Shown here piece by piece: positions 18,488 to 27,285 of a stretch of DNA of 64,000 bases; within the stretch, counting starts at the first letter, position 1, and each line of letters opens with the position of its first letter. Source of the DNA: Thermoplasmata archaeon (GTDB taxonomy: Archaea; Thermoplasmatota; Thermoplasmata; GCA-020350865); NCBI GenBank assembly GCA_020348445.1, contig CP070751.1, positions 3,436,248-3,500,247 on the forward strand, written 5' to 3'. Position numbers and translations under genes: made by a program. The notes beneath the pieces are model-generated. The model was not told the origin of the DNA. It worked only from the letters and a program-made list of their open reading frames with translations, and ran no database searches.

Positions 18488-19144
18488 GTGGGTGCTTTGA
18501 AATACAAATTCATAGCCTTTGATTTGGACGGCGTGCTGGTCGATACCTTCAGCTCTTGGGTCTGGATGCACAAACACTTCAACGTGAACAATGATGAATC
18601 CCTGTATGCCTATCAGAGGGGAGAAATCGATTACGCAGAATTCATGAGACGTGATATTGCGCTTTGGCTTGAAAAGAAAAAGGACATGACAATAAATGAT
18701 GTAGAGGAGATACTTTCTTCTATACCCCTTGTAAAAGGAGCCAAGGAAGTTGTGGCTGAACTTAAAGAATATGGTGTTAAAACAGCGATTATCAGCTGCG
18801 GAATCGAGGTTTTGGCAAATCGAGTGGCCAAGAAGTTCGGCATCGATTTCGTGGTGGCAAATGGATTGGTTGTGGATGAGGATGGTAGGCTTACAGGTGA
18901 GGGGACTCTGAGTATCGAATTGGCAGACAAGGGCAAACCCCTACGAAAATTACTTCTTCAAAACAGTGTAAAAAAAGAGGAAAGCGCCGCAATTGGAAAC
19001 AGTTACGGTGACGCGGCCATGTTCGATGTTTGCGGGTTTGGGATAGCTTTCAATCCCCAGGATGATATCACTAGGGAGAAAGCTGATTTGATCATACAAG
19101 GGGATGATCTGAGAGGGATTTTACCTTTCATTCAAGTTGAATAG
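18488..19144 (+). CDS. HAD-IB family phosphatase (phosphoserine phosphatase-like)
   Basis: FDLDGVL motif I, IISCG motif II, DK, AIGNSYGD motif IV. Confidence 0.88.
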   Translation: MGALKYKFIAFDLDGVLVDTFSSWVWMHKHFNVNNDESLYAYQRGEIDYAEFMRRDIALWLEKKKDMTINDVEEILSSIPLVKGAKEVVAELKEYGVKTAIISCGIEVLANRVAKKFGIDFVVANGLVVDEDGRLTGEGTLSIELADKGKPLRKLLLQNSVKKEESAAIGNSYGDAAMFDVCGFGIAFNPQDDITREKADLIIQGDDLRGILPFIQVE

Positions 19145-19165
19145 ATAAAAAAAATAGAAAGGAGC

Positions 19166-19465
19166 TTAGTAGTGACCCCAGACTGGGAAATCTTCTGATC
19201 CTCTTTGATATGTCCTAATGGAATAGTACATCTTGTAATTTCTAAGGGTTTCATGTACTTTATTTATGTACTCAAGGAACTCATGGATGTTCGTATCCTT
19301 GTTGCCCCAATTGTTTCCCCAATCATATACATAATCATATCTGCCATAGCAAGGTTTCCATCCGTACTTTCCTAGCGTCTCAGTTAGTTCAGTTGGTGTC
19401 ACTCCGTCTGAGCAAAAGCTCACTTCCATATATGTTACATATTCTGTCATATTTATATCTCCCAT
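19166..19465 (-). CDS. Conserved small hypothetical protein
   Basis: TYMEVSFCSDGVTPTEL..LG..GW.P..GRYDYVY.W, alpha/beta pattern. Confidence 0.7.
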   Translation of the reverse strand: MGDINMTEYVTYMEVSFCSDGVTPTELTETLGKYGWKPCYGRYDYVYDWGNNWGNKDTNIHEFLEYINKVHETLRNYKMYYSIRTYQRGSEDFPVWGHY

Positions 19466-19568
19466 ATTATTTTGTTACAGACTGACCCTTTTCTGCAACT
19501 TGCGTGATTCATTAAAATTCCACCCTATAAACGTATTTGTAAAAATATCAGAACTGAGAATAATATGG

Positions 19569-19651
19569 CGTCCCCAATCCCAGTCAGGAGGAAAAATTAT
19601 TGGGTCAGATAGCCGCGTAAATTATGCGAGGAAGGATTGGGACTGGGGACG
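19569..19651. repeat. 17-bp imperfect inverted repeat enclosing 49 nt
   Basis: CGTCCCCAATCCCAGTC / GATTGGGACTGGGGACG, 15 of 17 Watson-Crick pairs. Confidence 0.8.
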
Positions 19652-20005
19652 TTTTATATATTATGTAGTTAGCCAGGGATATAATATGTCATACGGTTAT
19701 CTTCCATGATTATCAAACTCAACCAAAATTTGCCCATTTAAGGTCCCTATAGGTGGAAAACCATGTAAAAGGCAATTGAATGGAAAAATACATTATAATA
19801 TCTCATAAACAACCCAACCAAAGACTTTATACATATAAAATATATCTTTAAATAAATGGAGTGGAAAATTTATCTTGCACTTTTATTAATAATCATTTTT
19901 TTCATTGTGGTTAGACTTTATTTCATTCTTGTTATTGGATTCTAGTTTCTTAGTAATTTCACCCACCCCCCTCCCTCAATTATAAATAAACTCAAGACGA
20001 TAGGG

Positions 20006-21220
20006 TTGCAGGGTGTAAAGCTGAGTGAGATTGTTGTTGTGGGCGATATTCACGAGGGCATCAACTTTGGCTATAATATCGATGCCGAATTCGGGATTTC
20101 TAAAAGAGCCCTGGATATCCACCGCAACTTCGCCAAAACAGCCAAATATGCCATAGAAAATTCGGCTAGGCTGCTTGTGGTCCTGGGGGATATGTTCGAT
20201 AGGACGCACGTGAGCCCCACATTCAGGGAGCTTATTAGGCGTGATGTCATAGAACCACTGGAAAAGGAGGGCATCGAAATCTGGATCATGGCAGGCAACC
20301 ACGATCAGCCTCATGGCGAGAAGAAGGGCACCTCAATTGACGATTTCCGCGGATATAAAAACGTTAAGGTGTTTCGCAAGCCCAGTGTAGAGGAAATCGA
20401 GTTAGAGGGAAAGAGTCTGGGCATAATCATTGTGCCGTACCTGCACCCAGAGCAGGTAGCCAGGCTTGTTAGGGAGAAGGAGGGAACAGAAATTGAAAGG
20501 GAGCAGATGTTCCTTTTGGGCCAAAAACTGCTGAAACAGTGGATAAACAACAGATGCGATGAATTTGATACTGACTACAGGATCCTGCTTGGGCATTATT
20601 ACCTGGAAGGGGCTAAGCTCAGAGAGACCGCTTGTCCTGAGATACTGCCTGGAGAGTTTTCATTTACACGGGATATGATCCCCGAAACTTTGGATCTGGC
20701 TGTATTTGGCCATGTTCACCTTCATCAGGTAATGGGATCAACGCCTGAGTTCATCTATACCGGTGCAATTGAACGGATAGATTGGGGTGAAAGAGACGAT
20801 AAAAAAGGTTTTGTAATAATTTCCCCAGAAAAGGAGAATCTATGGCAATTTAGGGAACTTCCGGTTAGAGAGATGGTTAAGATTTCCCTTGAGATTACGT
20901 CCGAAGAAGAGCCCACCAAAAAAATCCTTGATGCAATCCCCGAAAAAGTCGAAGAGAAAATGTTTCGCTTGGAAATAGCATTAGATGAAGGAGTGAGGGA
21001 GCGCATCTCTGAGTCGCGTATCTCCGAGAAATTGAAAGGTGCATTCTATTATGACGTGAGATGGAAGGAGCTTTCATCTGAAAAGTTAGGCTATATGGAG
21101 TTCACGATGAACCCCTACCAGCTCCTTAGAACCTTCCTTAAGACCAATTATGGTGAGCATCCAAAATATGAACAGATTCTCAAGGAAGGTGAGGATGCTT
21201 TAAACGAGGTGCTGGGATGA
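20006..21220 (+). CDS. mre11: DNA double-strand break repair nuclease Mre11/SbcD
   Basis: GDIH, GDMFD, GNHD, LGH, GHVH phosphoesterase motifs; first gene of the operon; start codon uncertain (TTG). Confidence 0.92.
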   Translation: MQGVKLSEIVVVGDIHEGINFGYNIDAEFGISKRALDIHRNFAKTAKYAIENSARLLVVLGDMFDRTHVSPTFRELIRRDVIEPLEKEGIEIWIMAGNHDQPHGEKKGTSIDDFRGYKNVKVFRKPSVEEIELEGKSLGIIIVPYLHPEQVARLVREKEGTEIEREQMFLLGQKLLKQWINNRCDEFDTDYRILLGHYYLEGAKLRETACPEILPGEFSFTRDMIPETLDLAVFGHVHLHQVMGSTPEFIYTGAIERIDWGERDDKKGFVIISPEKENLWQFRELPVREMVKISLEITSEEEPTKKILDAIPEKVEEKMFRLEIALDEGVRERISESRISEKLKGAFYYDVRWKELSSEKLGYMEFTMNPYQLLRTFLKTNYGEHPKYEQILKEGEDALNEVLG

Positions 21221-23655
21221 AGACCCTTGAGGATTTCATAACAGAGGATTCTACGTCAACGGAATATTTGGAGGAGCAAATTCCCAAGACGAAGATAGTG
21301 GCAGAACCCTCCCAAGGCTTCATTATTAAGGAAATAGAAATGAAAGGTTTTATGAGGTACATAGAGAAAACAACCCCACCCATTACATTTCCCGGCAAAT
21401 TCACAGTGATTACTGGTAAGACCGGCAGCGGGAAAACCTCTATTTTAGATGCCATCACATTTACACTGTACAAGAGGACTTCCAGGACAGATATCCAAGG
21501 TATCAAAATCTCGGACATATGCAGATCTGGAGGTTATGTAAGGGTTTCGTTTTTCCAAAGTGCTGAGGAATATGTGGTAGAAAGGGGTTTTTCATCATCC
21601 TCTTTACCTTATCTGACACTAAAGAAAAATGGAAAAAACATAGAAGGAAATATCAAAGAATTGGAAGGTGCAATCGAGGATATAGTCGGCCTTGATTATG
21701 ACGGTTTTAGAAATTCGACATTTGTTCGCCAGGAGGAGATGAAGGAGCTAGGTTCTGAAAGCGGTGCAAGGAGGTTGAACATATTTCAGAAACTGTTTCG
21801 ACTGGAGACCTTCGAGAAGGCCCATAATTTAGTGGATCGCAGGTACAGTCAGATACAAAGACACATCCAGGTAAAAGAGGCCGAACTTAAGGTGGAGAAA
21901 AAACATGCCGAGAAACTGCCAGAACTAAAGGACTTATTGAAGAGATTGAAAAGAGAACGTGACGAGAAAAAAGGAAAGGAAGATACCCTCAAGAAAGAAT
22001 TGAAGGCAAAGGTGGAACTTCTTGAAAAACTGGAAAAGGATCATGAAGAATACGTGCGAATACAAACCGAGCTGAAAGGCACAGCAAAGATCTTAGAGAG
22101 GATCGAAAAGAAGATTGAAGATGCCAAAAAACATGCTTCGAAGTTCAATGAATTGAAAAAAAAGGCTAAAGAACTGGAAAGGGAAACCCAAAAATTTGAC
22201 GAACTCAGGGAAGAAGCCGACAAATTAACAGAGCTTAAGAACAAGGTCCAAAGGATTAAGGATAGACTCCAGATTCTTAAAGAGCAAGAGAAATTATTGA
22301 AGAAGAAGAGCGATGAGAATAAGAATAAACTGGAAAAGGAGCTGAAAATCCAAGAAAAAAGAATATCCAGCCTCACAACGGGGCTGGATAAAGATGAGGC
22401 CTTTGGCCTTCTTAGGGATGAGGGGGGACTCAAGGAAAGGGTCGCCAGAATCTCGCTTGAACTGGATTGGTTAAAAGAGAACCAGAAGCTAGTTAAGGAG
22501 CTTACAAAAGAGCAGGCCAGGGCAAATTCCGCACTAACGAAGTTGAGCAAGAAGGTTTCAGATATCAACGCCGATTCATTTATCCTATCCGAAATAAAGG
22601 ATCGAGTTAAGAGCATAAAAAGTCGCTTTCATGAGTTGGAAAAGGTGGGTCTGGAAGAATCTGAAAAGCAAAAAAGAGGTATAAACGAACTTGAAAAAGA
22701 GCTTTCAGAAATTGGATTTAAAGATAAAGAAGAAAAAAAGCTTTTGAATATAAAAAAAGAGCTGAAAGAAATGCATAACAAGAGGGGAAATCTAAAGAAT
22801 ATCAGAAAAAAGTTGGATGAAATAGGGGACCTGTCCAAACTTATAGAGGAACTTGAAATACAGAAAAAGGAGAAGACATCTGAAAAAGAGGATTTGAAAG
22901 CAAAGTTCCAGAAACTCACCGAAACAGAGAAGGACTATCTCGGGATCAAAGGGGAAATAGAAGGTCTCAAAAAGGAAGAAAAAAAGCTGACTAGTGATAT
23001 CTCACAGATAGTGGGTAAAACAAGCCAGATTGCTTCACAGTTAGCAGATCTTGAGGCTGCAGAGCAGAGGATCAAGGATACAGAATCTGAACTTGAAGGA
23101 GAAAGGGAAAGAGCTGAAATCTACGATATTTTGAGAAACCAGATATTCCATAAAAGGGGCATAGTGATGTACGCAATAGACCAGCTCTTACCTCAACTTT
23201 CACTGGAAACATCTACCAACCTCTCTGACATGACGGACGGAAGATTTTCCAAAGTGAGGCTAAACTCCTACGAAGAGAACAACAGATATGGTATTAGAAT
23301 AGAGGTTTCGGGGGCAGATGGTAAATGGCATGACGTGCAGGAGTTCTCTGGTGGAGAGAAAACACAGATAAATGCAGCTTTGAGGTTCGCAATAGCCAAG
23401 GAGCTTGCTAGCATGCCCCAGGTGGGCAGGACTTACGGAAGGATGAAGACGCTTTTCATTGACGAAGGAGACCTAGGCTCCCTTGACAACGAGAGCTCAA
23501 GAGAGCTTTTTATCTCAAAGCTCTTCTCCATGGGGGAGTTCTTTGAGAAGATAATCCTCATCACCCATCTTTCTGAGGTTGCAGAAAAGTTTCCTGGTAG
23601 GCTCATGGTGTACATGACTCCTGAGGAAGAATCAAAGATCAAGGTGATGGCTTGA
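21217..23655 (+). CDS. rad50: Rad50/SbcC-type ABC ATPase (no CxxC hook seen)
   Basis: Walker A GKTGSGKTS, FVRQEE Q-loop, long coiled coil, FSGGE signature, LFIDEG Walker B, ITH. Confidence 0.9.
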   Translation: MKTLEDFITEDSTSTEYLEEQIPKTKIVAEPSQGFIIKEIEMKGFMRYIEKTTPPITFPGKFTVITGKTGSGKTSILDAITFTLYKRTSRTDIQGIKISDICRSGGYVRVSFFQSAEEYVVERGFSSSSLPYLTLKKNGKNIEGNIKELEGAIEDIVGLDYDGFRNSTFVRQEEMKELGSESGARRLNIFQKLFRLETFEKAHNLVDRRYSQIQRHIQVKEAELKVEKKHAEKLPELKDLLKRLKRERDEKKGKEDTLKKELKAKVELLEKLEKDHEEYVRIQTELKGTAKILERIEKKIEDAKKHASKFNELKKKAKELERETQKFDELREEADKLTELKNKVQRIKDRLQILKEQEKLLKKKSDENKNKLEKELKIQEKRISSLTTGLDKDEAFGLLRDEGGLKERVARISLELDWLKENQKLVKELTKEQARANSALTKLSKKVSDINADSFILSEIKDRVKSIKSRFHELEKVGLEESEKQKRGINELEKELSEIGFKDKEEKKLLNIKKELKEMHNKRGNLKNIRKKLDEIGDLSKLIEELEIQKKEKTSEKEDLKAKFQKLTETEKDYLGIKGEIEGLKKEEKKLTSDISQIVGKTSQIASQLADLEAAEQRIKDTESELEGERERAEIYDILRNQIFHKRGIVMYAIDQLLPQLSLETSTNLSDMTDGRFSKVRLNSYEENNRYGIRIEVSGADGKWHDVQEFSGGEKTQINAALRFAIAKELASMPQVGRTYGRMKTLFIDEGDLGSLDNESSRELFISKLFSMGEFFEKIILITHLSEVAEKFPGRLMVYMTPEEESKIKVMA

Positions 23656-24704
23656 TAGGTGAAAACGACGAGCAGGGGAATATAGAAAAGCAGATCGCCA
23701 AAAATCTCGGTATTATACAGAAATTTCGCCTTCTGCCTGAGGCCAAAGAAAAGGAGCTATCCCTAAATGTTAGGACCTTTTCTCCCTCAGAAGAGATAAT
23801 GGACCTTGTTGCCATCGACGGTTCCTATTCCTTTCTTTTGAACCTCTCCAGCATGTGGCTTGCCGTAATCAGAGTGGGTGCGCTACATTACAGATACTCA
23901 AAGGACAAGGGTTACGAGCTTGTGGATTCCATAGCAAAGGAAAGAACTGCCCTTGTTTCCACCAAAAAGGATGTCATGGAAAAGATGGGGGATACACACG
24001 GAAAACTTCACGAGGCCACAGGGTACGCTTCCGAGCAGCATAGGGAGATGGTCAATCAACTAAGACGCCTTTTGGAGGAGGAGATGGCCTTTGAGCTTGC
24101 GGGAACAAAGAGCAATGTCATCATAGCAATGGATGGAACATTAACACCACTTAAGGCTACAAAAATTCTTGAGAAAGCCCAAAAGGCGTGCATAGAAAAC
24201 GACAATATACTATTAGGTGTCTCCAAGGATTCGTATACACATGCATTCAAATCGCACAGAACAGACGAGGAAGTGCTTGGAAAATTGAATTTTCAAGGCA
24301 TGGGATACACAAGCGCACCATTGATTTCATCTGCAAAGAAAAGCAGTCTCCTTTACGATAAAATGCTCGGCGATGTTTACTTTGCAAAACTGCATCCAGA
24401 GGCAAAAAAATGGTTCAGGATCGATGTGGGAACAGTAAAAGAAGAGCCTGACAGAGTATTTTCACAGCTTGCGCACTACTGCAAATCCAGTCTTTGCCTT
24501 GGATACATATACCCCCTTTTAGAGGCTCACAGGTATGTGGTCACTGTCCGGCATTTTCACAGCATTTACGAGGATATGATCCTCGATATGGCAAAAGAAT
24601 TTGACATCTCATTGCAGGAAGCAATATCTGCTCTGACGCATATTGAGGGCAGCAGAAAAGGTGCGTTTCATGAATATCTTGATAAAGTGGCAAGGGAGGT
24701 GTGA
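23652..24704 (+). CDS. nurA: NurA 5'-3' nuclease
   Basis: VAIDGS, IAMDGT, LGVSKDS, GYIYPLLEAH; coupled to rad50 and herA. Confidence 0.88.
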   Translation: MIGENDEQGNIEKQIAKNLGIIQKFRLLPEAKEKELSLNVRTFSPSEEIMDLVAIDGSYSFLLNLSSMWLAVIRVGALHYRYSKDKGYELVDSIAKERTALVSTKKDVMEKMGDTHGKLHEATGYASEQHREMVNQLRRLLEEEMAFELAGTKSNVIIAMDGTLTPLKATKILEKAQKACIENDNILLGVSKDSYTHAFKSHRTDEEVLGKLNFQGMGYTSAPLISSAKKSSLLYDKMLGDVYFAKLHPEAKKWFRIDVGTVKEEPDRVFSQLAHYCKSSLCLGYIYPLLEAHRYVVTVRHFHSIYEDMILDMAKEFDISLQEAISALTHIEGSRKGAFHEYLDKVAREV

Positions 24705-26266
24705 TTGTGAATAAAGAGGAAGTAACTGGTATAGGGGAAGTGGTATCAGCAAGTGTACTTTCAGGTCTTGAGGTCAAGCTGGCTCTGGACAATCCTGAGG
24801 ATTTGAGAATAGGCTACCCCGCCATAGTGGAGGGAAAAAAATACGACTTCTACTGCATGGTTCATGATATAATCAACGAGAAGATGGAGATCGCCGAGAG
24901 ATTAGCGGGCTCGAACTTAAAAGAGTCGGTTGTACCTGTTTCTGACCTGCACGAAGGTTACGGAGGAAGGATATTTTATTCAAAGGCAAAGCTCAAACCC
25001 ATCCAGCTCATCGAAAAAGGAAGTGGGAAACTTTCTGAGCCTGAGACAATACCTCCCTACTTCTCGGAGACGAGGCACGCATCAAAAAGTGATGTTGAGA
25101 AGCTTTATGAAGTTACTCCGAGTTCGGCTCCGATAGGCAGCTTAAGAGGAGTAGCAAAATTCGATGTGAACATCGATTTCGGCAAGTTGGTTAAAAAGCC
25201 TTTTGGCATCTTTGGAAGGACAGGCTCTGGAAAAAGCATATTCAACAAGATACTCTGCACCTCGATTTTGGCAAGGAATAATGCGAACATACTAATATTT
25301 GACATGCACTCCGAGTACGGTATTTATTCAAAAACCGACAACACAGAGGGATTGAAATTTTTCTTCCCAGAAAAAGTGGAGATCTTCTCGTTGGATTTCG
25401 AAAACAAGGAGGCTAAACCCTTTATCATATCACCTAAAGAGATCAGACCCGCAGATATAATTGTAGCGTTCCAGGACCTTTCAGGAGGGATGATCGATGC
25501 TTTATTTGCGGTAAATAGGCACAAGAGCGATTTAGATCTCGTAACAGCCATTCAAAATGCAGATCCTGAGGATTTCAGGGAAGGTGAGCTGCATCCCACA
25601 TCTCTCTCTGCATTGCAGAGGAGGATTGCCAGAATAGATAGGTTTCAGTTCGTAAGAGAAACAGAATCGGAAGCTTTCGGAATGATTCAGGGCCTTGTAA
25701 AGGCCGGAAAATCCATAGTGCTTGACTTTGGTAGGTACGGTACAAATCAAATGGCCTACCTGTTTGTTGCCAACGTGCTGGCAAGGAGATTCTTTGACCT
25801 GTATACAGAACACAACGAGGATTATCCCAGGCTGGTTATATTCTTAGAAGAGGCACATAAATTCTTGGAGCCTGGTATTGCTCAGTTCACAATATTTGAC
25901 AGGCTTGCAAGGGAGACCAGGAAGTTCAATCTCATTTTGGCACTTATAGACCAGAGACCCTCGAGAATAGATGACGAGGTGCGAAGCCAGCTGGCCAATA
26001 GACTGGTTCTGTCCCTAAAGGAGCCTTCTGACATGTCCTCTGCCTTAGCTGGTGTCCCTGACAGAAGTGCCTGGGAGAACATTGTGGGCACCATTCCACC
26101 CAGGACTGTTGTTGTATTTGGTGATGCCATAAGGGTGCCCACGGTAATAGATGTGATGCATTACAATGCCAAGAATGTCAAAAGAGGTATAATCGGAGAT
26201 AACAAGGATTTAGATGGTGTCCAAATAAAGAAGATTGCTGAGAAGGCCGACGAGATATTTGGATGA
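24701..26266 (+). CDS. herA: HerA helicase/translocase
   Basis: N-terminal HAS barrel, GRTGSGKS, IFDMHSEY, FLEEAHKF, ARETRKF, DQRPS. Confidence 0.92.
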   Translation: MIVNKEEVTGIGEVVSASVLSGLEVKLALDNPEDLRIGYPAIVEGKKYDFYCMVHDIINEKMEIAERLAGSNLKESVVPVSDLHEGYGGRIFYSKAKLKPIQLIEKGSGKLSEPETIPPYFSETRHASKSDVEKLYEVTPSSAPIGSLRGVAKFDVNIDFGKLVKKPFGIFGRTGSGKSIFNKILCTSILARNNANILIFDMHSEYGIYSKTDNTEGLKFFFPEKVEIFSLDFENKEAKPFIISPKEIRPADIIVAFQDLSGGMIDALFAVNRHKSDLDLVTAIQNADPEDFREGELHPTSLSALQRRIARIDRFQFVRETESEAFGMIQGLVKAGKSIVLDFGRYGTNQMAYLFVANVLARRFFDLYTEHNEDYPRLVIFLEEAHKFLEPGIAQFTIFDRLARETRKFNLILALIDQRPSRIDDEVRSQLANRLVLSLKEPSDMSSALAGVPDRSAWENIVGTIPPRTVVVFGDAIRVPTVIDVMHYNAKNVKRGIIGDNKDLDGVQIKKIAEKADEIFG

Positions 26267-26793
26267 GCTTACAGGTGATTAGTTTGAGGTACGACGGTGA
26301 GAGTAAAATACCTGACGGTTATACTGATAAAGAGAAAGAAGAGATAGAAACCACTATCAGGGAGTTTGAGCATCAGTTCGCTTTTGTCGAGGAATTCGGT
26401 GAGAGTGCCCTTACGATATGGAAGAGGATCAACGAGGAAAGGGGATTTAAAAAGGGCAAATTCCTGATTAAAAAGTATGGAATAGAGGGAGATGATATCC
26501 AGGCGGTAAAGAGGCTCATAGAAGCCTACATAGAAGACGACCCAGGAAGAACAGCAAAGCCAGATATCATGATAAAAAAAGGTAAGTTAATTATTGAGAG
26601 CAATGGATTTTGTCCTTTAATAATATCAGCGAAAATTTTAAAAATCGACATGAAATATACATGCCCGTATTCCACAAGACCCTACTTCCTTGCAATGTGC
26701 AGGGCCGTGAATCAGAAGGTAAAGCATAAGAATACCAAATGGAGGGCGGAAGGAGAAAAAGTATGTCAGGAGGTATTTTGGATAGAGGGATAA
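26263..26793 (+). CDS. Hypothetical protein resembling ATC-hydrolase/V4R-like small ligand-binding domains
   Basis: FCPL...C.....YF..M......W...G..VCQ pattern; ATGA overlap with the herA stop. Confidence 0.55.
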   Translation: MSLQVISLRYDGESKIPDGYTDKEKEEIETTIREFEHQFAFVEEFGESALTIWKRINEERGFKKGKFLIKKYGIEGDDIQAVKRLIEAYIEDDPGRTAKPDIMIKKGKLIIESNGFCPLIISAKILKIDMKYTCPYSTRPYFLAMCRAVNQKVKHKNTKWRAEGEKVCQEVFWIEG

Positions 26794-26796
26794 GCA

Positions 26797-27225
26797 ATGG
26801 CCATCATAAGGGATGCTAAGAAGAGGGATCTGGAGCAGATCAACAATATACTGGAGATAAATGGACAGATCGCCGATGTTAGAAAGGAGGATATTAAAGG
26901 TTTTGTTGTCGTAGAGGAGAATAGAAGTGTTGTGGGCTGCGGTATGTTAAAGGAATACAAGGACAGTGTCGAGATAAGCAAGGTATCTGTTCTTCCCAAT
27001 CACCAAGGAAAGGGTTATGGGATGGAGATAGTGCTGACCCTTGTTGGAAGGGTGAGGGGAAGGCCGTGCTGGCTTTTATCTGTCCATTCACACAGTTTCT
27101 GGGAGCTCTTCGATTTCCATGTAGTACCTAAAGAAGAGGAGCCTGAGAGGATGAAAAGGCAGTGCAGGCACTGCGATCGAAGAAGTGGTTGCGACAGGGT
27201 GGTTATGTTCAAGAAGGGGATCTAG
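26797..27225 (+). CDS. GNAT family N-acetyltransferase (short ArgA-like)
   Basis: EISKVSVLPNHQGKGYG acetyl-CoA motif A; C-terminal CRHC..C. Confidence 0.88.
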   Translation: MAIIRDAKKRDLEQINNILEINGQIADVRKEDIKGFVVVEENRSVVGCGMLKEYKDSVEISKVSVLPNHQGKGYGMEIVLTLVGRVRGRPCWLLSVHSHSFWELFDFHVVPKEEEPERMKRQCRHCDRRSGCDRVVMFKKGI

Positions 27226-27285
27226 TATCATCTCGATTCCCAAGTATTCTGAAAAATCAAATATCCTAATCTTTGGGATTATTCT

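Noticed and set aside
19500-19709. 69-aa ORF (TTG start) across the inverted repeat
   Set aside because: No SD, no recognisable motif, and it overlaps a structured repeat; likely spurious.
22041-22919. Long antisense ORFs (191 aa and 96 aa) inside rad50
   Set aside because: S/F/L-rich shadows of the K/E-rich coiled coil on the opposite strand.
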